From Eledone cirrhosa (lineage: Eukaryota): 64,000 bases of DNA. The number at the start of each line of letters is the position of its first letter. Position 1 is the stretch's first letter. The stretch spans positions 368,590,001 through 368,654,000 of the forward strand of contig OZ024741.1 of assembly GCA_964016885.1 (NCBI GenBank), read 5' to 3'. Both the position numbers and the translations under genes were made by a program. The notes beneath the pieces were generated by a model. That model was not told the origin of the DNA. It ran no database searches and saw only the letters and a program-made list of their open reading frames with translations. Shown piece after piece: positions 48,311-62,492 of this stretch.

Positions 48311-48469
48311 GTTGCCACCCATTGCTACAAGTTTCAGTGGGTCCTATTGTTTATGTGGCCCACCTAATGTTACGAGGAAGTAAATATAATACAAGAAAAG
48401 TGTTGAGGTATCAAAAACAACCAGAGAAATGAAAATGGTGAGGAAAGTTATGCAGAACACACAGGCTGA

Positions 48470-49150
48470 ACTGGGACAAATACTGGGATATCTCGCAAGA
48501 TTAAAAAAGGCAGGTGAGATGTTTCAATCAAAGACATTTATTATATTGAAGGAGCACGCAACTAAAAAGGTTTAGAAAACCAATATGCATGGACAGCATA
48601 GGAGACAATGGAATGGTTGTTGCGCAGTATCACATTGTTCTAGGTTGGCAGCTTTCAACAAGAATAAGAAACTACTAACATCAAAATGAGTTTCCTATCA
48701 TTTGAAGGCTAAGATCTTCAATACTTACATCCTACCAGTTGTGTTAATTAGATGACAAGTTCGCTTCAGAAGGTTTCTATATTCCAGAACCACATCACGA
48801 GACTTATGACTGGCAAGCGGCTCAGTGACCGTATCTGTGTCAGTGAGCTGTTCAACATTACCAAACTTAAACCAATTACATCAATTGTCAAGTCAAGAGT
48901 ACTCAAACTATACAGCCATATAAAAAGATCAACTCATGGTGTGAGTAGGTTATGCCTGGAAGGAAGGTTGGCTGGTAAGAGAAGCAGAGCCCGGCAGCCA
49001 AAACTTGATAATGTCAACTTATGGACTGGACTTGACCTTTGCTCTTTAAACTCTGCTGCTGGTGATCAAAATTTGTGGAGAAAAATATCTCATGTTGATG
49101 CACAATCTGCAACTGGCAGAAGATGGACATCATCAAAGAAGAAGATGGAC
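48470..49150 (+). mobile_element. RTE-like LINE 3' remnant, additional family
   Basis: KIFNTYILPVVL, RVLKLYSHIKRS, LEGRLAGKRSRAR; second copy at 61850-62492. Confidence 0.75.
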
Positions 49151-51364
49151 AGCATAGGAGACAGCTGAACAAAGGAATCAATTGTAGAATATGTGATTTC
49201 TTCTGGGAGTAGTGTTCATTTTCTGTCAATATTAGATGGTGGGACTAGATGACACTGTTATTGTCATTAGTGTAGAGAGTATGCATCATTTGAGCATATT
49301 CTTGCAGAGTATGCCTAGCAGTATAACCAAATATTGAATATCCTTGCTGATGGAGTGAAACAGTAACAAGTGTCAACACCAAGTTGTACCTTATTGTTTT
49401 CCACAAGGAAAGTGAGAAAATACAATGCAGGAGTGTAAAGAAAGGAAAATCAAGACCCAGACATAGTGTTGTTACTGTTGTTCTTACGTCTGAGCTGTTG
49501 CTGTCTCAAATTATTGTCATTCCCCTTATCAAGATCAGAGATCAGTGGTCAGTTTCCAGGGCCTACCACAAGGATGTTGACAAACTTGGTGTTAATTAGA
49601 AGGTGAAAGTAAATTTAAAGAAAAAGCTTGTGTTTCCAAGCCATATTGCAATAATGATGTAATGCCCTGATCTTATGATCTTTCAATATGATTTACTTAG
49701 GGAATTGTATGAGACACAAGGGTGGCTGTCTATAGTGCTTCCTATAAAGGTCAATGTGGGTTTGTAGCTAGATTGACTACATCTTATTTGGCTGACAATG
49801 GACTTAAAAAGAGCAACAGGGCAGTGATTCATGATCTGGAAAAAGAGGAGGAAAGTGCTTCATGGTTGATATGACAAATATAGAGAACTTAGATCAGATC
49901 AGGCTATAGAATTTCTCTCTTTTGTTTGCTTATCATTACCTGAATATCTCTAAAAGGAGTTTCACACATGAAATTGCAAGGATAGTCTCAGTTGGTGGAA
50001 GTTTTTTTTTCCATTCACCATATTCACACAATGAGACTTTCTAGCATTTTTGCTTCTACCCTTTATTCAACCTCAAATATTTCTGTGGTGTTGGATCTAT
50101 GTTGGTTCTGATGACAAGTGTTCCAGTTGATTTGATCAATGGAATACGAATGGAATACAAATGGCTGAGCATTCCACAGACATGTGTACCCTTAATGTAA
50201 TTCTCATTGAAATTTAATGTGGCACAGTGTGTGGCAAGGCAGTCCCTTTGAATTTACAGGTACCAGTCATTTTCTCTAGCTGAGTAAATAAAGTATCTTG
50301 CTCAAGAACACAACATGTCCTTGGGAATTGAATTGAACATCTTAACCACTAAGCCACACACCTTCATAACACACATATATTGCATAATAGTAAAGAAATA
50401 AAAGCAGACACAACGAACTACTGTCAAGGCCCAAAAACATATGTCTAGCCAGAAGAAAATCAATAATTTTGCAGTTCTTATAGTATTCTACACTATCAGG
50501 ATAGTTGTATTGAGTGGCAGAAAGGTGCTGCCATTGTTTTTTTCTCACTAACTTGATAATCTATAAATCAATAAACACCCAGAATTTTATCGTAATTGTC
50601 TACTGTTCTTGGCAGAGACAATTTTGGTCTGGCGTTTCTCCATTCTAGTTGTTTGTTTTTTGTTTGTTTACTTATTTATTATTTTGTAATTATATAAATC
50701 CTTTTCTGTTTGTATAATTTATTGATTTTGGACATTGTCTGCGGAAATGCCATTTTGCCCGTGGGGTGCAGCTGAAACATTGCTCTGACCTAAGTGTAGA
50801 GTCTGTGAGCCCCATCCCCTTCCCCCTTTCTTTCTTCCTTTGTCTAGTAGTCCTTGCCTTTCTCCTCCTTTTCCTCTCATTTATGGCATTTATAGTCCTT
50901 TCTAACACTGCTTTCTTTTCCTGTATGTTTAACCAATTTATAGTTATATCAACAATATATTTATTGATTTTGTTTTTGTGCAGGCAGCGATTATTTTGAC
51001 ATGCAGTTGACCCCTGTTTGTGCAGTTCTAAATCATATTTTGTACAACAATTTTGTCCTTTGTGTCAAGTACTACATGATATATGTTGGTTAAAAGACTT
51101 AAAACAATCATAGAATGTTAAAAATAGCCATTACAAATGCTTCTCAGACTCAGAGAATATAAAACACAGGGTTCATGACACACACATCAAAGATTTATAT
51201 AGTTCTACAAATTTCCTTAAAATAAACCATGTGTGCAGACACAGGAACAATTTGAGAATATTTTTATTTAGGTATAGAAAATGGCAGACAAAATGAAAAT
51301 GAAAGGTACCTTTACTTTCATAGTGAATTGATATACTGAAAGATTTATTTGTTAATTTTTTCCA

Positions 51365-51700
51365 TTCTTCTTCTTGTGAGTGTCATGGAGGCAGAGTTCT
51401 CAAACATTTCTTCCAACTGGTCCTGTCAGAAGCAACAGTCTCCGATCAATCCAGCTGGATCCTCAAGCAAGCCTAACCAAGCTCATAGATGTTATCCAAC
51501 CATCTTGCTCTGGCTCTACACCTGGGTCTCCTGTTGGCTGGTTTTGCCCATAGAATATGTCCAGCAATTATTTCCTGAGACATTCTAACCACATGCCCAT
51601 AGTATCGGAGCTGTGATCTTTCAATTTGGAGAAGTAGCAGCTCTATCTGGAGTGACTCTCTGATCTCCAAGCTAAGCACACTATCCAGTAATGTTAGTCC
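51365..51700 (-). mobile_element. RTE (Rex3/Expander-like) 3' fragment
   Basis: IERSQLRYYGHVVRM...RRPRCRARARW. Confidence 0.8.
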
Positions 51701-53802
51701 AATCCTTTCAGGTCTGCATATAAGAGATTTCTTTTACAGAAAGATAGAGAGTGTGAGAGAATGGAAGAGAGAAAGAGATATAGATGAAGAATTGACCCCA
51801 GTACTAGACTGGTGCTTTTTTTTATCGACCTCATATGGATGAACAGCAAAGTTGGCCTCAGCAGGATTTGAACTCAGAGAGCAGAAAGGTGAAATGAATA
51901 CTGCAAAACATTCTAACCGATGTTCTACCAACTCTGCCAATTCAGCACCTCTATATAAATATATAAAAGCTATATATGTGTACATATAAAAAGACAGATT
52001 TTAGGTGTTCATTGTTTTCTGATTAACTGTTTAACTCTACAGCAGTGATTTTGACAGAATCATTTGAGCGTCAGGCACAATGTTTTGCTTTTCACTCATC
52101 TGGGGAGGATAGAATAAAGTACCAATAAAAATACAAGTGTTTTATATTCTTGAATTTCATCCTTATAGAAGAACTTATGAAATTATGCCAAAATATTGGT
52201 TTCTGATTTAGGCACAATGCCAACAATTTTGGGGAAGGGGGAAGTCGATTAAATCAACCTCAGTGCATTACTGGTATTTTATTTTGTCAGCACCATAAGG
52301 ATGAAAGGGAAAGCTAACCTCAGTGGGATTTGAATTTAGATTGTAAATGGCTGTAACTCTATGCCATAAAGATTACTGTTGCTGTTGTTTAGCCTAAATC
52401 AGGTCTGATTCAATTGCAGTTATGACAATCAGATGAGTTATTATTTCCAGAGTTTCACAACATATGAGTTAGAGTTACTTCACGAAAAAGTCAAATCGAG
52501 TTGTTTATATATTCCACAGTCTTCTGTCTGTGCATTAATGGTTTTGAGATCATATTTCTAATGAAATACACTTTATTTCAATTAATTAATGAATAATTTT
52601 GAAGAATTTACAAAATTATATTTGATTATGTTAGAAGATTTTAATTGAAGTAGGAACCCTTTAAAATAGCTGGTTTGTTTCATACAACCAGAGATGGTTT
52701 TGGTCAGGTTGGTATCAAAAGAGTAAACAAGCTACTTGCTGTCACTTTAAACAACATATTTATGTATATGGAATAATTCTTCATTTTTCCTTAACCTATA
52801 TTACTCTATATATACTATTGTATTTTCATGGTAAACACTCTATCTTACATAATTATCTCACATAATATTGAACCTACGAGATTTTGATGTTATTTATTTT
52901 GAGAACAATATCTTAACATCAGTATGAGGGGCCGGTTACAGCCAGTTTGAACAGAAAGAGCTGAGAGAATTCTGGCCAGATATGTCCAGTTTAAATGTTA
53001 AAGGGTTAACCTACCAACCAAAAGCATCAATAGTCACAGCCTAGTCACCATACACCCCACTATAACACTGCTTCCATGATCATATCAGTTCTAGTTGTTC
53101 AGGGTTGACCTCAGGTCAAATAACAACACCAACTACTACTACTATTACTGCTGCTGCTACTGCTATAAAATCTGTTTTCTAAATCTGAGGGTGTACCATT
53201 GAAAAGTAGGAACACTGTCATCCAGTGCACCCCTTTGGTTACATGGGCCTGCTGCTGCTACCACCACCACTACGACAACCTACAAAGACTAAAGCAGGGA
53301 TGATTATAAAATGATGTCACAATCAACATCACTCATGAACTACAATGATTTTATGTCACAGAATTTGACATAAAACTCACAACAGCAGCCTATTGAGAAA
53401 CAGCAGCTGTTGTGAACACTAGCAGTCAAATATAATCCTACCAAAACAACTGTTGAATACCGCTCTTTAAATATTTTGATTCACTTATGAATCACTTCAA
53501 CTTACACATAATCATGTGAAGTTTTGTTAGTCACATGACTATATTCAGTTACAATAATGTCTTAAACTTATGGTGGATAGGCAGAATTGGTAGAGGGTCG
53601 GACGCCATGCTTTGCAGCATAGAGTTACGGCCCTTTATGATCCCGCCGAGGTTAACTTTGCCTTTCATATAAAGTACCAGTAATGTACTGGGTAATTGCT
53701 GGTCTTGTGCCAAATGTAGAAACAATTATTACTCTGCAGGTTCAAAGTACTAATGAAATTGTTTAGATAAGGAGGAAAATATCACATAGATGTATATATG
53801 TA

Positions 53803-54115
53803 TTATCATCATCATCGTTTAATGTCTATTTTGCTTGCTAGAATGGGTTAGATAGGTTGTCCCATTTGAGATAAGTCAGGTCAGATGATCGTGTCTTGCT
53901 CATATAGAACTGTTTCTGGATTGATTTCTACAGCTGGATGCCCCTCCTAACGGCAAACACATTTACAGCATGCACTGAGTGCTTTTTGTCATTACACCAA
54001 CACGACCACTTTACAGTGTGAGTAGGGTGCTTTTTGTCATGATACCAACGCAATCACTTTACAGTGTGGACTGGGGACTGGGGTGAAGGCATGGGAGAAG
54101 GTGGGGTGGTAGGTA
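53803..54115 (-). mobile_element. RTE 3'-UTR-derived element
   Basis: Shared 3' UTR module and (GAT)n tail. Confidence 0.8.
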
Positions 54116-54149
54116 TGTATGTATATTTCTTGGCAGAGCTAAACTACTA

Positions 54150-55905
54150 GAGAATGGTCGCAGGTGGTGGTAGAGATAGAGTCACCAGATATGATGGTTA
54201 ATTGCAATATAAGCAGGCTCCTGCTGGACGAATAAGTAATCCTGGACCAACAGCAGTAAACTGCAAGGTGAGATGGAACAATAGGTGACACTGTTAGCCC
54301 CCAAGAAAACTGTCACAACCCAGTGATGTATCTATGATGAGGTGAATAAATAGTGCCTAGTATTTGTGGGTCTGAAAAAAGTATTAAATTGGTGACTGGC
54401 ATGAATAAGACCACCAAAATACTGAAAAAAGCTTAAATGCAATAAGAACCTCATACCACATTGTCCTTTGTGTGGGGTAATAAGAGATGCATTCAGGCTG
54501 TAGGTAGAGGGGCCTATTCAAAAAATATATTACAGTCTCCATCTAACACTGAAAGAACTGACAATGGCCTGCAACCTGTCCTGCGAGGTGTGGGATGGAT
54601 GCACAAAGGTTGCATATCCCAAGAACCCAAAGGAGATCCAGAAGGGAGCAAACCTTAACAATTGGCAACTGGAATGTTACAATTATTTTAGGCAAAGAGC
54701 AAGAACTAGTGGAGGAGGCTAGATGCTACCGGCTAGATATAGTCAGGGTTTCCTCAACAAAGTTCTGTAGCTCTGGTACTGTATATTTAAAGGGAGGATG
54801 GAAACTCCACTATTCAGGTGTGGTACCAGAAATGACTACAGGTAGGAGTGGGGATACTCACAAGCTCCAGCTGTCAGAATGTGTTATGAACTGGGTTCCA
54901 TATGTTGTGAAAGGTACTGCAGGAATATGGGATTGATGGACAGTTTCTAGTTACCCTAATCTCTCTATACAAATTTGTGTTTGGATAAATGGTGCAAAGT
55001 CGAAACCATTCAATATAGGTGTAAGACTCTGCCAAGGGTGCATAATGTCACCTCTCCTGGTCATAATCTTCATGGACAGGATTGCCATGTGCAGCTGGGT
55101 TGGAAGTGTTATTGAGACTCAGGTGTAGGATCAATAGGCTGGAATTTGCAGATGACATGGTGTTACTTAACTCATCGAAAGGTAATCTCTGACATGCACT
55201 TGATATGTTTGCTGCCAAGTGCTGCACAGTAGAATTGAAAATCAGTGCTGCAAAGACTGAGACATTTGTCTTTTCAAGGAAGCCTGTGCCGTGCACTCTA
55301 CATGTGAGTGGAGTTCCAATGAAGCAGGTAGAGAAGTTCAAGTATCTTAAGGCTATGTTCACGAGTGATGGAAGGCTGAATTAAGTGTAAGAGTTGCAGG
55401 AGCTGGTGTAGTTATGCACTAGTTTCAGCATTTGGTCATCAGCAAAAGGGAGATAGGTGTAAAAGCCAAACTCAATATCTTCAATTCAGTATTCATGCCA
55501 ACCCTTACCTATGGTCATGGATCTTGGGTAATGACCAAAAGGATTTGATTGTAAACACAAGTGGCTAAAATGGGGGTTCCTCCGAAGTAATGTTACTCAA
55601 TAGAGTGCATAGCTCAGAGATCAGGGATTTCTCTAGTTAGATCTGCTACTTCTTCGAATTGAGAGATCACAGTTCCATTATGAGCATGTGGTTAGAATAT
55701 TTCGGGAAAGAATCACTTGGTAGATTTTACTGGTAGGAGACACAGGAGTAAACCCCAAGCAAGCTAGCTTGGCTAGTCTTGCTCAGGGATCCAGCCAGAA
55801 CAATTGAAGACAGTTGCTTCTAACAGGACCCACAAGAAGGCATGCTTGAGGACTCTGAACCCTCCCAGAAATAAGTAGACAAGAAAAAGAAGATAATGAA
55901 GAAGA
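54150..55905 (+). mobile_element. Internally deleted RTE (Rex3/Expander-like) LINE with APE start, RT end and (GAA)n tail
   Basis: IGNWNV...GKEQELVEE...WKLHYSGV (APE); QGCIMSPLL, FADDMVLL, QVEKFKYL, KAKLNIFNSVFMPTLTYGH. Confidence 0.85.
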
Positions 55906-56145
55906 ATATATATATCATAGAGTGTATACAAAAGCATTTATATATTTTTGTGTATAATAAACATAAAAGAATCTTGTTATGAATTTTTTTTTTAAGATGT
56001 GATCATGTCACAACTATCTCTAGTGGTAAGATTGCTGTGGCAATTATTTTGGGATTTTTATCCATCATCAGTGACATTTACTCACTATTAAAATAAAATA
56101 GGCTAAACTGTATGGTTTTTGGGTACAAAACATCGGCTGTATATA

Positions 56146-56180
<35 letters not shown>

Positions 56181-56249
56181 ACACATGTTTATATACATAT
56201 ATATGTGTGTGTGCATGTATATATATATGTACATTTATATATATATATA

Positions 56250-56417
56250 CCGTATTTCCCAGCATCGAAGACGCTACTTTTTTCATAAATTAAATTTCAA
56301 AAATCTCCCATGTGTCCTGGAGGCCGAAGGTTGTTTATTTTTTTTTTAATTTTTGGTTGTCAAAATTAGGGTGCGTCCTCGAGGAGGACGGAGTGTCTTC
56401 AGCGCCAGGAAATATGG
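56250..56417. mobile_element. Tc2/pogo-type MITE
   Basis: TA|CCGTATTTCC ... GGAAATATGG ends; inserted in a TA microsatellite. Confidence 0.7.
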
Positions 56418-56571
56418 CATATATATCTCTCTTCTTCCAGAATACCACTTGAAACCCTCCAAGCCCCACTTCTCTTCATCCACCCAACTCTTTCTTTCAC
56501 AAATATCCTTAACAGTAATGTCACTGATTCTCCTCTTTTCATCGTTTCCTTAAGTGCTGGTTGAAAGACTT

Positions 56572-56800
56572 TTAACCCATTAGCATTTAAAACAGCCATA
56601 TCTGGTCAGGATGGGCTCACCTCTTTCTGTTCAAACCAGCCATAACTGGCTGCTCATACTTATGTTAAGATATTGTCCTCAAAATAAATAATATCAAAAT
56701 CTTATAGATTTGATATTTTGAGAGATAATTATGTTAGATAAAGCCTTTACTGTGAAAATACAATAGAATATATAAAGTAATGCAAATGCTAAAGGGTTAA
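56572..56800 (+). mobile_element. piggyBac-type MITE, complete copy
   Basis: TTAA|CCCATTAGCATTT ... AAATGCTAAAGGG|TTAA. Confidence 0.88.
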
Positions 56801-58274
56801 TATACCTCACCTTTTTGTGTTTTAATTATATTGCACAAATTGTATTAATCTTTCTTTCCTGTTTTGTATTTACATTTGAAAGAATCATTTTATTTGTCCA
56901 CTTTTTCTTCATGTGTTAATAAAATTAATAAAATGTATTAATAAAATTGCTATGTACCTTATTTTTCTTGATATCATATTGTTCCAATTTGTTGAAAGAT
57001 GCCTGTATTTTCTATATTTGTCTCTAAGGTTGTTTATCCACTGGTAGCCTAAGCTATTGTTGCACTATAGGCTTGGTAGCCCTAGCATCGAAACCGGATT
57101 ATGAAACCTATAGTGGGTAGCTGAAGAAGTGTACTATGTATGTTTTACTGTGTCACCAACACTCGAGGGGTTATTGAACCCTTGACACACTGAAGATTCT
57201 TCTCAATCCTTTTTGGCATGGGCTCTACAGCTGGATGCCCTTCCAATCACCTATCACCTTACATGGTGTACTGGTGCATTTTATCAAGGGGCACTTACAC
57301 TACAACTTTACAATGTCTACTGGATGCACTTGATCATGGCACCAGTATTACAGAGGTTCTTACATGCTTGTCCGGACTGAAGTCTTCTCAAACCCGACAT
57401 TGTTACAATTTAGTCACCAACACTTTAGCCTCTCCTCTCCCACCATGTAATTCTCAGAGCAACAGTGTTTGTACTGGTGATTGAGTCTTTTGTATTATGG
57501 TATATCACCAGTCAGCTCAGTCATGAGCCATCCCCTTTGTGAGGTTCAGTCTTGTACGGTCATCCTTTGCAACTTTGTCCCATGTCCTCCTTAGTCTCCT
57601 ACTTTTGCAGGTTCCATCCTCTAAGCACTTGGTTCCTCTTTATACAACACTCACTCCCCTAATGCATCACATGACCATACCAATACAATTGTTTCTTTTA
57701 CATGCTGCATTCAATTCCTTATTCTCAGCTTACTTGTGCTCTGTCATCAACATACATTAACACTACGCATATATATATATATCTTACATATATACACATG
57801 CATAAATGTGTATTTGTTTCATTGTTGAACATTTGTTCAATGTGGCAAAGGTCAAAATAATATTAATAAGTGATTAATATAGATTTTTTTCCCCTCACTG
57901 TATAATTATTTGTAGTTAATAAATTTTTTGTACTTCATGTCCTGCACCTGATGTCCCCCCCTCCATACACATGCACACATGTATTTCATTACTCATACAC
58001 GCACCTTTGATGAGTTGTAGTGCACCTGAGCACTGTACACAATAATTTCATTATTATTATTATCATTTAACATTTCGGGATGGGCCAAGGGCCTGCATTT
58101 ACCTTACATGCATTTCCATACTCTCCTTTGGGATTTTATCATGGCACTAGCAAAGTTTGCTATGTTTTTGATGTCGCTGAAGAGTCCTTTCAACTTTTTT
58201 TGGCAGGTGCTCTTGGTTGGAAGCCCTTCTTATCCTCAACTACTTTACAGAGTGTACTGAGTGTTTATCATGTA

Positions 58275-59534
58275 TCAGGTCATCCCATAAGTAATATGCG
58301 AAATTTGGGTAAGAAAAATAAGTCATCAAATTTCACATTTTATTAAAAATTAGTCCTCTATATAATCGAAAACTTCCCTGCATCTACTTATAATTTTTTA
58401 AATTCCATTGGTGAAAAACCCTTTTGGTTTTGATGAGAAGAAGAAAGGGAGGTCAGTTTCGAGCTCTTTGGGGCTTTTGAGTCCATCTAAATGATTCCGT
58501 AAGTTTTGAAACAAATGGTAATCAGAAGGAGAGAGGTCCGGAGAATAAGGTGGGTGAAGGATTTTTCCCCAGCCAATTTCTTCGATGTTTTCTGATGTAA
58601 TCTTTGCAGTGTGTGGCTTTGCATTATCATGACGAAGTACCACTCTCTTACAATTTGCGACATCAGGTCGTTTTTTCTTCAAAGCAGCATTCAAATGCTT
58701 TAGTTGTTGGCAATAGGTTTGAGCAGTAATTGTTGCTTTAGTTGGTAGTAGCTCAAAGTGGAGGACTCCAACGCAATACCACCAAACAGAAAGAAGGACC
58801 TTTTTTTGCATGGAGATCTCTTTCGGGTTGTGGTTTATCCTGTTCTCCACTACTAAGTCATTGTCTGCGTCGCTTAGGATTTTCATAAAAGATCCATTTT
58901 TCACCACCAGTCACTAATCTGTCTAAAAATGTTGAGATAAGTTCACGAAAGTGAAGAAATGAGCAGATATCCACTCATGATTCTTGGTTGACTTCTGTCA
59001 AATCATGGGGAACCCATTTTCTGAATTTGGAAACCTTTCCAAGCTGTTGAAGATGGCAGGGAACAGTTGAATGGCTTGAATTGAGCTTGTTTGCCAATTC
59101 TTCAAATGTCACAGCATTATCCTTCTCAAGTTCTGACAAAAGAAGCTCATCATTAAATTCAACAGGGCATCCCATTCGTAGCTCATCTCTTAGGCTGAAA
59201 TTACCATTTTTCAACTTTGAAAACCATCTGCTGCAACTTCTTCATTCAAGCACTCTTTTTCATAAACAGAATGGATATTTCAGGTTGCTTCTGCTATACT
59301 GTTTCTTTTTTTGAACTCATAAAGCATTATGTGCCATAAATGCTCCTTTGACACGTCCATCTTTGTGGGTTAATAGTAATTAATTCAGTCAGATTATTCT
59401 GTTAAAACAAAATTATATTAAGTTAAAGGTTTCCAAATGCATAGGAGTATCAATCAATACCATTTGAATTTTAGAATGCTGTAAAATTTGATAGAAATTA
59501 CATATTTCGGATATTATTTATGGGATGACATTTA
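58275..59534 (-). mobile_element. Full-length (~1.26 kb) mariner transposon, transposase pseudogene (DD34D)
   Basis: TIRs GTCATCCCATAAGTAATATGCGAAAT / ATTTCGGATATTATTTATGGGATGAC, TA flanks; WVPHDL, VTGGEKW, HDNAKPH, YSPDLSPSDYHLF with 34-residue spacing; frameshifted. Confidence 0.95.
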
Positions 59535-60214
59535 TAGATCACCAATTCCAGAGAGGTTATGTATTTGACACAACTGGAGAGTCATTTTGACTGTTTGGCA
59601 ACCACCTTACGGAGTGTACTGGGTGCATTTATTGTATAAATGACCAAAATTAGGTTGCCATGCCACTGACACAGCTAAGAGTCCTCTTCCTATTACCAAC
59701 CTCCTTACAGGGTGTACTGGGTGCATTTGTTGTAGCACCAACACTAGTTTGTTGATCATTGACTCAACTGTAGAGGCCTTTCTACTTATTGGGGATGGGG
59801 AATAGCAGAAGGAATACTGTATGATACTATGGGTGTAATGAGATTTGACAAAATGATGAAAAGGAAGAGATATGTGACAGTGTGGAAGGTACTGTGGTGA
59901 AAACAGCTACAAAGGGGTTACAACTGGTTTTAGGATTTTAGAGGTGAGGTGCAGTGATGGTGAGAATAGCTACTAAGGCAAAACTTGATTCAATATCTCT
60001 GCTCGAGGCATTTGTCAGCTTGCATGAAAAAAAAATCTAGGCGTAACAGTTGGGAATTGATGCAGCCTACCAGCCTGAACATTTTCACACATGCACAGGA
60101 AAGGTGGTATCACCTTTCACCCAAAGGTGCAGCATTAGTTTTGGCAGGGAAGAAAATGAAGCCAGACACTTTTTGAATGCACCTCGTATTTGGCTTGTAT
60201 GCCTCCATCTGATT

Positions 60215-60585
60215 GGTAGGTAATCAAGTGGCTGGCTGGTTTCCTGAAGTTTATGTTGCAAATAGTTAGGCTGTATGCATTGCATACATTCCCTCCCTCC
60301 GTTTCTTGTATCATACTCATAGCCTCCATGCCAGAACTCCAAAATGCTAGACATCCCTCCTCGTTTCTTGTACCATACCCATATCCTCCATGAACACCAA
60401 GAGTCAACTTGCAATAATGAGATCACTGGCATTTGTCATTGAAGTAGCTGTAAAAGGATCTCATAGAGGTGGTCCTTTTGCAGAGAGCATAGTAGCTGTT
60501 GTATTCCTCAAGGCTAGTGTCAGTTTAATTATCCTATTGCAGCTAAAAGTATTCCTACCCTACTCCCACCATCACTGGTACCCTG
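60215..60585 (-). mobile_element. RTE APE-endonuclease remnant with small internal duplication
   Basis: GVHGGYGYGTRNEEG present twice, LTICNINFRKPASHLITYQS, VGILLA. Confidence 0.75.
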
Positions 60586-61519
60586 TAAACAAATTTTTAA
60601 ATAGTAATTTTAATGATAATTATCATTAAAATTTAGATAAATTATAATTTATAAGTCCATGTTTCTTTTATTTTGGCTTGATTTTCTGACCTCAATGCAG
60701 ATTGACAAACAACTGAATATTATTTATTTTATCTACTTTTCATTACTTTCCCTGCTGACAGAAGCAGTTGTTTATACTTTAATTTAGATTGTTTTATTAT
60801 CCAGTTTCTACAGCAAATATTTTTATCAGTCTAAATAGGACAATCAACATGACTGAGCTTTTAATCTATAATAGCAGTGTTTCATGTTCTTGGACAGAAT
60901 ATTTAATTCTATTTGCTGTAAAAATAATTTGCTTGTAATGTCATTAAACTAACTCCAGTTCAAAGTGATACCTATCCCTCAGTTGCCTAAAGAATACAGA
61001 AGTAATGGGCACCTTTATGATGCATTAGATTCAGAAAAGTGTTTAATTAGAAAGTGTTAAGTTACCATATTTGATGGTAAAAAAAGACCAGCAATCACCC
61101 ATGCATACCAGTCTCCATACCATTGATGTTATCCAAGGAAAAGGCTATGGCCAATACAGCTTGGCACCAGTGATGTCAACTCATTTTCACAGCTGAGTGA
61201 ACTGGAGCAATGTGAAAAAAGTGTCTTGCTCAAGAACACAATGCATCACCCGGTAAGGGAATTGAACTCACAACCTCACAATTGTGAATCTGACACTAAC
61301 CACTAAGTCATACGCCTTCACAACATTGGTTATGTAATGGTTGTGATAAATACCTCTAGAAATTTTAAGTCTTGAGTAAATCATCATCAATTTATATCCT
61401 TTTTCCATGTTGGCATATCTGTTAAAGGGCTCATTAACTTTATATAATGGCCTACTATTGATTTTTTTTTTAGTTTTTCCCATTGTTCACACACATACAT
61501 ATGTATATATATACACATA

Positions 61520-61688
61520 TACACACTAAATGTGGTTGGTGTTAGGAAGGGCATCTGGCCATAGAAAACCTGCCAGATAGTCCTATATGAGCGAGACACG
61601 GTCACCCGACCAACCTTTCCTCAAGTGGGACAACTCCCGTCTAACCCATGCTAGCGTGAAAGATGGACGTTAAACGAAGATGATGATG

Positions 61689-61690
<2 letters not shown>
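61520..61690 (+). mobile_element. RTE 3'-UTR-derived short element
   Basis: Inverted near-match to 6576-6750. Confidence 0.85.
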
Positions 61691-61723
<33 letters not shown>

Positions 61724-61849
61724 GCTCAACATCTAATCTCTCACAATGCTGTAGCTATGACAAAAAGTACGAATGTTATCAATAATATTGTGTGAAAATA
61801 GGGGGTGCTGCAGTTCCTATACACAAGCTGCCACTGAATCTTAACTAAT

Positions 61850-62492
61850 GAGATTTCATGCCATCAACAATTTGAAGCAAGGAAAGAGCCATGGACTAGA
61901 CAACACATTCTCAGAATTCATCAAAACTGGAGGTGAACCACTTATCAAAGCATTTCAACTGTATTATCACCACAGGAAAAAAGCCCAGACATGTTCAAGA
62001 AAGCATTGATAGTTGTACCAGACTTGATTATGGGAACTGTTGTCTTAACAGCCTATTGAGTCTTGTTTATAAGTTTTTTTAATGAGTATCATTGCAGCAC
62101 GAGTGAAGTCAGACCTTTACGCCTCATTTCCTGAAACAAGTTGTGTATCAACCAGGAAGAGGCAAATGACCCAGTGACCATATCTCTATCAATGAGCTAC
62201 TCAACATTACCAAGCTTAAACCAATCACATCAGTTATCAAGTCAAGAGTACTTAAACTGTATGGTCATATCAAAAGATCAACTCGTGGTGTAAGTTATGC
62301 TTAGAAGGAAAGTTAGCCGGTAAGAGAAGCAAGGGTCGACAGCCAAAACACTGGCACGATGTCAACTTATGGACTGGACTTGACCTTTGCTCTTTAAACT
62401 CTGCTGTTGGTAATTGAACTTTGTGGAGAAGAATATCTCATGTTGATGTGCAGTCTGCAAAAGGCAGAGTGAGCATCTAGGAAGAAGGAAGA
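61850..62492 (+). mobile_element. RTE-like LINE remnant (same family as 48470-49150)
   Basis: High nucleotide similarity over 62185-62470. Confidence 0.75.

Noticed and set aside
49250-49930. Possible ancient minus-strand LINE RT remnant
   Set aside because: Too degraded to call a family by eye.
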